From NCBI GenBank assembly GCA_963730185.1, contig CAVSQW010000008.1, positions 224,001-288,000 on the forward strand: a stretch of DNA of 64,000 nucleotides, written 5' to 3'. The stretch comes from an uncultured Gemmatimonadales bacterium (GTDB lineage Bacteria; Gemmatimonadota; Gemmatimonadetes; Gemmatimonadales; GWC2-71-9). The number at the start of each line of letters is the position of its first letter. The first letter of the stretch is position 1. The position numbers and the translations under genes are program-made. The notes below the pieces were generated by a model. That model worked only from the letters and a program-made list of their open reading frames with translations, was not told where the DNA came from and did not search any database. This document shows positions 10,167 to 17,590 of the stretch, in pieces.

Positions 10167-10196
10167 GTCGCACCCGTCGCCTCATCGCGGAGCAGC

Positions 10197-11129
10197 ATGT
10201 CGGCCCCACGCCTCGACCCGGAAACCCTGGCCTCGTACCTGGACGGTCGGCTGACGCCGGCCGAACGGGAGCGGGTGCTCGAGATTCTGGCCGAGTCGCC
10301 GGCGGACTACGAGGCGATGCTGGCCACCGCCGAGGTGATGCGCCAGGTGGGCCGGGATCTGGTGGTCTCGTTGCCGGAACCCAGAAGCCGTTTCAACCGC
10401 CGCTGGCTGCTGGTGGCGAGCGCGACGGTCCTGGTCACGATCATCGCGTCGATGGTGTCGCGGCGAGTCTACCGGGCCGATGCCGGGCCGCCCCGGCTGC
10501 TGGCCGCCGCGCTGGACCTGGCCCCCGGGATGGGGCCCGGCAGCCTGGCCCGTCGCCTGGGTCCCGACTGGGTTGAGCCGGCCTGGCCCGTCACCCGGGG
10601 CGGCTCGCCCACGCTGCCGGACCGGGCGACGAGCTTTCGGGTCGGAGCCCGCCTGGTGGACCTCGAGGTCGCCATCCATGCCGAGGACCCGGCCCCGCTG
10701 GGCCGGTTGGACGAGGACTTGGCCCGCCTCGCGGGGCAGGTGAGCGGTGGCGGCGCGGTCGCGTTTCGGTTCGGCGCGCTGCGGAACGCCCAGCGCGACC
10801 CGGCCGACCCCGAGCGGATCCGGGCTGCGGCGGCGGCGCGGAGCCTCGTCGGGGCCTCACCCTGGTTCGACGTTGGCGCCTGGGTCGAAGCGGCCCGCCT
10901 CGCCCTGCTGGTGGACCGGGTGGAGTTCTTCGCCCCGGCGGGCCCGGCCGCGGGCCTCCTTCCGGGGGTGATCTCCGGTCTGGCGGGGGCTCCGGCCGAG
11001 CCGGCCAAGGCCGCGTCGGCGGCTGCCCTGCGCGCGATCGAGACGCTGAGCCACCGGACCGATCCCTCACCCACCGCCGCCGAGTACCGTGTCCTGGTCG
11101 ACACCGTCCAGGCCGAGGGAGCCCGTTAG
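10197..11129 (+). CDS. Membrane-anchored anti-sigma-like protein (zf-HC2-like N-terminus without Cys/His ligands)
   Basis: LDPETLASYLDGRLTPAERERVLEILAESP matches the anti-sigma N-terminal pattern; single TM helix WLLVASATVLVTIIASMV; about 210-aa C-terminal domain. Confidence 0.75.
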   Translation: MSAPRLDPETLASYLDGRLTPAERERVLEILAESPADYEAMLATAEVMRQVGRDLVVSLPEPRSRFNRRWLLVASATVLVTIIASMVSRRVYRADAGPPRLLAAALDLAPGMGPGSLARRLGPDWVEPAWPVTRGGSPTLPDRATSFRVGARLVDLEVAIHAEDPAPLGRLDEDLARLAGQVSGGGAVAFRFGALRNAQRDPADPERIRAAAAARSLVGASPWFDVGAWVEAARLALLVDRVEFFAPAGPAAGLLPGVISGLAGAPAEPAKAASAAALRAIETLSHRTDPSPTAAEYRVLVDTVQAEGAR

Positions 11130-14085
11130 GCGGCTCGTCCTCGCTCTGGCGCTCCTCGGCGCCCTCGCCTGCCGCCCGGAGACGCCCCCGTCGTTCCGGG
11201 CCCGGGTCGGCGCGGCGTTGGGTGATCGTCAGCCGGCGGGCCTGCGGCTGCCCCTGAGCGCCCCGCACCCGCCCCAGCTCGATCGCCTGACCATCCTCGG
11301 CGCCGAGCTGCACGCCACGCTCGAACGGCATCCCAGTCTCGATGCGGTGCATGCCGCCGCGGTTCTCGACCTGGCCCTGACGCCGGCCCAGGCGGGAGTC
11401 GTGGACCGGGCCGCCAGCCGTCTCGGCGAGGTCGTGGCCCGCCGGCCCGACGATGTGGCGGCTCTGGTGGACCTCGCCGCCGCCCGGGCGCTGCAGGGGA
11501 CGCTCCACCGATCGGCCCGGTATCGATTCGAGGCTCTCGAGGCGGTCGAGCGGGCGGCGGCGCTCGACAGCGCCAACCCCGTCGTGCTCTACGATCGGGC
11601 CCTGCTCCTCGATCGCGCCGGCCTGAACGGGCTCGCGGCCTCGACCTGGCGCCGGTATCTCGACGCCAGGCCCGCCCCGGCCGGCGCGGCGACGGCCCGC
11701 GATCGGCTGGCGGCCCTGGTCGAGCCGGGCCGGGGAGTGAGCGTGCGGGAGCGGGTGGTGGATTCGCTGCTGCCCGCGTGGGCGGAGGCCGTCCGCCGCG
11801 GCCGCGAGGATCGAGCCGATCGGCTGTTCCTCGAGGCCGACTCGTTGGCCGAGGAGGCGAGTCTCCGGGGCGATTCGACCGGGTATCACGCGGTCGCCGC
11901 GGTGGCCGGCGCGGGCGATCGGACCCGAGTGGCCGAGGGCTTGGCCGCCTACGCCGACGGCTGGGCCCGCTATCATGCCGGCCGTTTCGAGCAGGCCGTC
12001 GGGCCCTTGGCCCGGGCTGACCGGCTCTTGGCGCCGACGCCCGAACTGGCCGTCTGGCCCCGCCTGCTGCTGGCGGCGGTGGCCCTCTATCGGCGCCGGT
12101 ATCCGGAGGCGCTCGACACCTACACCGCGATCGCCGAGGCGGCCGCCGTCCGGAGCGATCGGAGCCTCCGGGCTCGGGCGGCGGTCGGAGCCGCCCTGGT
12201 CGAGGCCCGGACCGGGCGGATGGATCGGTCCGCCGATTGGTACGCCGTCGCGGCGACGGCCCTGGTCGGGCTCGACGAGCCGGCGTCGCTGGGGAGCGTC
12301 CAGTCCCAGCAGGCGGAGATCGACTGGTATCGGGGCCTCGACGATCGGGCCCTGGCCGCCGCCGAACGGGCCATCGTCCGGCTGGGGGCAGGCCCGGCGG
12401 GCGACCTCCGGGAGAACGCGTTGGCCTCGTTAGGCAGCATGCTGGCCGACCTTCGGATGCCCAGGGCGGCGTTGGCGGTGCTGGCCGAGGGGACCTGGGT
12501 GGCCGATCAGACGGGTCGGGCCAAAGACCCGCCGGAGATGGCGGCCCGCACCGCCGAGGCGGCCGAGGCGCTCGGCCTTCGGGAGCTGGCCCGAGCCCGG
12601 ATCGCCGCCGGCCGGGGGATGGTCGCCGGCCTGTCGGACAGCCTGATGCGATCGCGGATCGCGGCCGACCTGGACCGGGCCGAAGCCGGCCTCCTGGCGG
12701 AGGACGACCCGGCCGGCGCGGCGGCTCGGTTGGACCGGGTGGTGCGGTATTTCGAGGCGGGGTACGAAGTCGCCCTCCCTCCGGTCCTGGTCCGCCGGGC
12801 GGCGGCCCGGCTCGCCGCCGGCGACTCGGCCGGCGCCCGGGCCGATCTCGACCGGGCCGCCCGGTTGGTGGAAGCCCGCGCCGCCGACACGGGCGATCGG
12901 GCCGACCAGGCGGCGCAGCTCGAAGCGCGGGCCGACCTCTTCCACGCCCTCGTGGCGCTCGAGGTGGACCGGGGCGACACCTTGGCGGCCTTCCGAGAGG
13001 TCGATCGCTCCCACCCGGACGTGGGCCGGCCCGGCTCCCGCGACCCCTCGCCGCTCTCGCTGCCGTCCCGGCTCGCGCCCGACCTCGCCGTGGTCGAGTA
13101 CGCGGTGCTCGAGGATCGGACCGTCGCGTGGGTGGTCCGGCGCTCCGGCATCCGGATGGTCGTGACCCCGGTGGATCGGGCGGCCGAGCGGGCGCTGGTC
13201 GACCGGGTCGAGAACCTGGCCCGGCATCCCGGAGACGATCTCGCCGACGATCCCGCGGCGGCGCTCGTGGATCTGCTCATCACCCCGATCGAGCCGGCGT
13301 TGGCCGGCGTCCGGGAGCTGGTGATCGTCCCGGACGGGCTGCTCCGGCGGGTGCCCTTCGCCGCCCTGAGGCGGCGGTCGACGGGCCGCTTTCTGGTGGA
13401 GGATCTCGTCCTTCGGTTCGCGTCCCGGGCGGCCGACGTGGGCAACTCGAGACCCGCCTCGTGGGCGTCGCTCCGGCGCCGCCCCGTCCTGGTGGCCGGG
13501 CCGCGGTTCGACCGAGAGGTCTTTCCGGATCTCGACCCACTGGAGCACGTCGTCGAGGAGGTCGGAGGCATCGCGAGCATCTACCCGGCCGCCCGAACCC
13601 TGGCGCCCCGCCAAGCGACCCGGGCCGGCGTTCTGGCGGCGCTTCTCCACGCCAGCGTCTTCCACTTCGCCGGCCACGTGCGATCCCTCGATGTCTCGAC
13701 CGACGCGACCCATCTGGTGCTCGCCGAAGCGGCCGGCGGACTCCGAGCGAACGCCCTCTTCGGACGGGAAATCGCCCGGCTCGACCTCCGGGGGCTGGAC
13801 CTGGTGGTGCTCTCCGGGTGCGGGACGGTGGCGCGCGACCGGTCGGTGGGAGGGCTCAGCAGCGTGGCGCAGGCCTTTCTGGCGGCCGGCGCGGGCGGGG
13901 TGGTGAGCAGCCTCTGGGAGGTCGACGACCGCGAGACCGCCGAGCTGATGATCGACTTCCATCGGGCGCTGGCCGGGGGCGCGCCGCCGCCGCTGGCGCT
14001 GCAGCGGGCCCAGCGACTGGCGATTCGCCGCTCGGACGGCCGGGTGGCGGCGGCGTGGGCCGCGTTTCGATTCGAGGGTCGCTGA
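11089..14085 (+). CDS. TPR/helical-repeat + CHAT (caspase-HetF) domain protein, putative lipoprotein
   Basis: C-terminal CHAT motifs LVIVPDGLLRRVPFAAL, FHFAGH (His), VVLSGCGT (Cys), AFLAAGA..VVSSLWEVDD, ALQRAQ, WAAF; N-terminal RRLVLALALLGALA-C lipobox. Confidence 0.9.
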   Translation: MSWSTPSRPREPVRRLVLALALLGALACRPETPPSFRARVGAALGDRQPAGLRLPLSAPHPPQLDRLTILGAELHATLERHPSLDAVHAAAVLDLALTPAQAGVVDRAASRLGEVVARRPDDVAALVDLAAARALQGTLHRSARYRFEALEAVERAAALDSANPVVLYDRALLLDRAGLNGLAASTWRRYLDARPAPAGAATARDRLAALVEPGRGVSVRERVVDSLLPAWAEAVRRGREDRADRLFLEADSLAEEASLRGDSTGYHAVAAVAGAGDRTRVAEGLAAYADGWARYHAGRFEQAVGPLARADRLLAPTPELAVWPRLLLAAVALYRRRYPEALDTYTAIAEAAAVRSDRSLRARAAVGAALVEARTGRMDRSADWYAVAATALVGLDEPASLGSVQSQQAEIDWYRGLDDRALAAAERAIVRLGAGPAGDLRENALASLGSMLADLRMPRAALAVLAEGTWVADQTGRAKDPPEMAARTAEAAEALGLRELARARIAAGRGMVAGLSDSLMRSRIAADLDRAEAGLLAEDDPAGAAARLDRVVRYFEAGYEVALPPVLVRRAAARLAAGDSAGARADLDRAARLVEARAADTGDRADQAAQLEARADLFHALVALEVDRGDTLAAFREVDRSHPDVGRPGSRDPSPLSLPSRLAPDLAVVEYAVLEDRTVAWVVRRSGIRMVVTPVDRAAERALVDRVENLARHPGDDLADDPAAALVDLLITPIEPALAGVRELVIVPDGLLRRVPFAALRRRSTGRFLVEDLVLRFASRAADVGNSRPASWASLRRRPVLVAGPRFDREVFPDLDPLEHVVEEVGGIASIYPAARTLAPRQATRAGVLAALLHASVFHFAGHVRSLDVSTDATHLVLAEAAGGLRANALFGREIARLDLRGLDLVVLSGCGTVARDRSVGGLSSVAQAFLAAGAGGVVSSLWEVDDRETAELMIDFHRALAGGAPPPLALQRAQRLAIRRSDGRVAAAWAAFRFEGR

Positions 14086-14169
14086 TCCCTTCGGGAAACG
14101 GAAATCGGCCCGTCGGGCCGTCCAATTCCGGAGGACGTCGTCTCGATCCGCTCTCTCCAGCCCCGCGAG

Positions 14170-14907
14170 ATGCCCATGCCCACCAACGCCGCGCTCACCA
14201 TTCGAGGAGTGATCCTCTTCGATCTCACCGACATCACCCGGATCAAGTTGGTCTTTCCCGAGACCGTCGGGCCCTGGGTCGACTGCCATCACCAGTCGCG
14301 ACACGAGCCGATCCTCACCGTCTGGCACGACGGGACCAAGGGCGCTCAGGTCAAGATCCGGGGGATGGACCTGGTGGCCGCGACCGAACCAGGCCTCGTC
14401 GTGCCCCGTCTGTCGGGGCTCCCCGATTTTCGCCTGCTGAGCCCGCCCGGGGCGGCCCTCGACTCCGGCCTGGTCGCGTCGACCGGCCGGGTTGCGGCGA
14501 CCGTGACCTTGCCTGGCGGCAGTCTCGAGGCGACGAGTCTCTCGCCCGAGATCTGGACCTTCGGAGGAACCAGTCTGGGTCAGCTGGCGAGCGAGGTGAT
14601 CTGGACCGCGCCCAGCGCCGGGCCCGTCCCGCTCCTGGACTCGGCGGGGAAGAACGTCGTGACGCTTCCCCCGGGCGACCTCGTCGTGCTCGGGCACTTC
14701 GATCACCCGGACGACGCCAACAGTCCCAATCCGGTGCCCCATCCCTGCGCGCCGGTCGACGGCCAGGTCGCGGACGTAGATTTCGACTGGCTCAACGATC
14801 TCCTCGTCGGGAGGCCGAGCGGCCGACCGGTGCCGACCACGTCGCTTGGCGTCGCGATGCCGCGAAATCCCTTCACCTCGACCTGCTACGGCGGAACCTG
14901 GCCGTAG
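14170..14907 (+). CDS. Hypothetical protein downstream of the CHAT gene
   Basis: 245-aa ORF with normal GC3 codon bias and globular composition; no recognised domain; ends ...NPFTSTCYGGTWP. Confidence 0.75.
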   Translation: MPMPTNAALTIRGVILFDLTDITRIKLVFPETVGPWVDCHHQSRHEPILTVWHDGTKGAQVKIRGMDLVAATEPGLVVPRLSGLPDFRLLSPPGAALDSGLVASTGRVAATVTLPGGSLEATSLSPEIWTFGGTSLGQLASEVIWTAPSAGPVPLLDSAGKNVVTLPPGDLVVLGHFDHPDDANSPNPVPHPCAPVDGQVADVDFDWLNDLLVGRPSGRPVPTTSLGVAMPRNPFTSTCYGGTWP

Positions 14908-14915
14908 GGAGGAGC

Positions 14916-15140
14916 ATGATCGACCTCATCGGGATCGTCGCCGTCGTGGGCGTGGTGGTCTGGCTCTTCGGGCGCCGGCGCCCGCCGGCCCGGTCGGCCC
15001 CGGAAGACGACCTCACCACTCCGGTCGACCGGGACGAGCTCGAGGACGCGGAGCGCGAGCTGGCCGACGACCCCGACCCCCGGTCTCTCCACGACGGCTG
15101 GGCCGACGACGAGGACGACTGGGGACCGGGCGCGGCCTGA
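14916..15140 (+). CDS. Small single-pass membrane protein with acidic tail (74 aa)
   Basis: GGAGGAG RBS directly after the upstream stop; MIDLIGIVAVVGVVVWLFGRRR then a D/E-rich tail; listed only inside a long shadow ORF in the track. Confidence 0.75.
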   Translation: MIDLIGIVAVVGVVVWLFGRRRPPARSAPEDDLTTPVDRDELEDAERELADDPDPRSLHDGWADDEDDWGPGAA

Positions 15141-15250
15141 AGCGTCGCCACGACGCAGTCCCGTGGCCCCGTCTGGCCAACGTCGGTCCCGATCTCGACT
15201 CGCTCCCAGCCCGGGGTCGGCCCGGCTCCCTCCCGATTTGCCCCCCCGAC

Positions 15251-16628
15251 TCACCGATCCACCGGCAACCCGCTCGGCACCCGGCGCGGCACTACCCGGT
15301 CGAGATACCGGGCCCGCGGATCGGTCAGGGCCGACATGAAGGTCGTCAGCTGGTCCACCGTCTCCGGGGGCAGCACCACGCCGTCGATGATCGTGTCGCG
15401 GGTGACGAGGATCGCCGCGGCGGTCGGCTGGAGCGTGTTCTGGAGCAGCGGCTCCAGCCGGCTCGGGTCGAAGTCCTCGAGCTTGAGGTCGGACTCGCTG
15501 TAGTGATCGATGAAGTCGTGCAGCTGGGCGAAGGCACCGTCGTGACCGTAGGGGCCGGTCAGCTCCACGTTTCGGAGCGGGGTGGTCCGGAACAGGTAGC
15601 GGTCGCTGGTTCGTCCGGTGACCCGCATTCGACCGAAGTCGTCGCGGCCGTTGCTGCCGTCGCCCTCTCCCGGACCGAACTGGGCCAGCGCCACGTTGTG
15701 GAACTGGTTGTCGGTGAACGCCGGGCCGTTGTGGCAGATCGAGCACTTGATCGAGAGGAAGGTCTGGGCGCCGGCCAGCTGATCGTTGGTGAGGGCGCGA
15801 TCGTCCCCGGCCAGGAAGCGATCCCAGGGCGTGTCGGTGAACGTGAACTCGTCGATCAAGAAGCCGGCGATGGCGTTCGACGCGTGGGCGAAGGTCATCT
15901 TCCGGAACGGCGTGCCGGGGTAGGCGGCTTCGAAGAGTCGCCGGTAGGTCGGTGACCCGTCCCAGGCGATCCATCAGTCGTTGCCAGACCGCCTGGGGAT
16001 CGCTGTCGGGTACGGCCGCGAGCTCGTTGCCGCCGTCGCCCCGCATCTCCGACCGCGACAGCACCGGAAAGAGGCCCAGGGCTGAGGCGGGGCCGTATTG
16101 GAGCACTCGCTCCATGGCGGGCGTGATCGCGTTGCCGATCGGGGTCTGGAGGTGTCCGTGCGGGTCCTGCTCGACCCGGCCATCCCAGAAGAGCGACTGC
16201 AGGGCCGTGAGGTTGAAGAGCGACGGGGCATTTCGGGGGATGAAGGCTCCGGCCGGATGAGTTCGGGAGGGACCGAGGCCCAGGCCGCCCTGGCCGATCG
16301 CGAGGCTCCGGGCGTCACCCAGAGCGTAGGCCGGCAGGTGACACGTCATGCACGAGATGTCCCGGTTGCCGCTCAGGATCTTGTCGAAGGCCAGCGCCTG
16401 CCCGAGCTGCACCAGGCTGCGCCGGACGCGGGGTGTCCGGGGCATGGGTCCAATGCCCCGCTGTACGGCCAACTGCCGCACGACGGCGACCAGCGGATCG
16501 GCCGCCGGGCGAGAGGCCCGATTGAAATCCGGGGTGGGACCGAGCGGCTGCTGGTCCTGGCTGCCGCAGGCGGCGAACACCACGAGACAGGCCGTGGAAA
16601 CTACCCGGCCACGCTGACGCATCGACAT
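15251..16628 (-). pseudogene. Di-haem cytochrome c peroxidase/MauG family lipoprotein with one +1 frameshift
   Basis: Lipobox FAAC; LAFDKILSGNRDISCMTCH; RNAPSL; FWDGR; second haem CSICH; FRTTPLRNV; PYGHDG; extra base at about 15953 splits it into two ORFs. Confidence 0.87.
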
Positions 16629-17135
16629 GGGAGCTACCTCCGGGGGTGCGGTCTGGTCTAAGAGGTAAAGCGGATTCGCGGGGCCAGGCCCGACAGACGG
16701 CTGGCGGTGGGGACGGAAGTCCGGCTGCCGGGTTGCCGGGCCGATCGCGGACCGGGGCACCCTGGTCGACGGCCTCCTGACCGCGCCGGATCCGCTGGCG
16801 CTCCGCGACCAGCTTGAGCGAGGGATTCGGCCTATCGACGCTCGAGTGTTGCCCTCGCGCTACATCGAGGTGAACCTCGCGGCCTTTCGGCTCACGGCCG
16901 TCGCCGCCCGGCGCGACTTCAGTCACGGCTAGCATCCGGGGGGGATAGGGCGGGGCTGACCCGCCTCGCTCTGCGGTTCTCCGGACCTCTATGGGTACGA
17001 CCGGGCGCTGGACGAAGGCCGCCGCGAGCCCTTCTCCCCGCGGGGTGGTTGACCTCTACCCGGGCCGTTGGCGCCCTGTCCCTGCGGTCCCTCCGCTCCC
17101 TCGCCCGTCCCCAGAAATTGTATTACTTTATCGTC

Positions 17136-17149
17136 TGTATACGAATATG
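17136..17149 (+). repeat. 14-bp AT-rich motif TGTATACGAATATG, copy 1
   Basis: Identical to 35579-35592; both copies lie in upstream regions. Confidence 0.8.
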
Positions 17150-17182
17150 CACACAAACGTGGACTCAAATCGACCAAGGGAA

Positions 17183-17590
17183 ATGACCGGCATCAAGGTT
17201 CCCCCTCGCCGCGGCTCCCGCCACGGCTCCGCCAAGCTCGACGAAGAGTTCGTCGCGCACGTGCGCCGCTCGGCGCATGAGATGGGGTACTACCCGGTCG
17301 CGCGGATCGCGCGGGCGAACGGGGTGACCTATCGCGCACTCAAGGACGCGCTGATCGGCAAGACCTACACCCACGTCGACCGGGTGGCGTCTCCCTTCCT
17401 GGGTCCGACCCGCAAGCCCTCGTCGGGCTGCGTTGTCCGGATCGACTCCGCTTCGACCCACGGGTGGCAGGCCCGGTTCCGGGGTCGTTCGAAGTTCTTC
17501 TCCGACGGCGTCCACGGCGACCAAGCCCTGCTCCAAGCCAAGACGTGGCTGGCCCGCCAGGCCGCCAACGCGCAGCTCCGTCCAGCCTAG
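17183..17590 (+). CDS. Small DNA-binding protein: homing-endonuclease-type HTH plus AP2-like domain
   Basis: RGSRHGSAKLDEEFV..IARANGVT..GKTYTHV (HTH of the kind found C-terminal to HNH nucleases) and RIDSASTHGWQARF..SKFFSD..AL.QA..W (AP2-like); AAGGGA RBS; alternative start 17147. Confidence 0.68.
   Translation: MTGIKVPPRRGSRHGSAKLDEEFVAHVRRSAHEMGYYPVARIARANGVTYRALKDALIGKTYTHVDRVASPFLGPTRKPSSGCVVRIDSASTHGWQARFRGRSKFFSDGVHGDQALLQAKTWLARQAANAQLRPA

Noticed and set aside
11089..14085. CHAT protein as part of a type III-E CRISPR (Craspase) or gasdermin defence locus
   Set aside because: No cas genes, array or recognisable gasdermin in the window, and the lipobox points to export
16762..16932. 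Plus-strand stretch LVDGLLTAPDPLALRDQLERGIRPIDARVLPSRYIEVNLAAFRL... that looks protein-like
   Set aside because: No start codon or RBS found and no family I can support; it may be a gene remnant and would need tblastn
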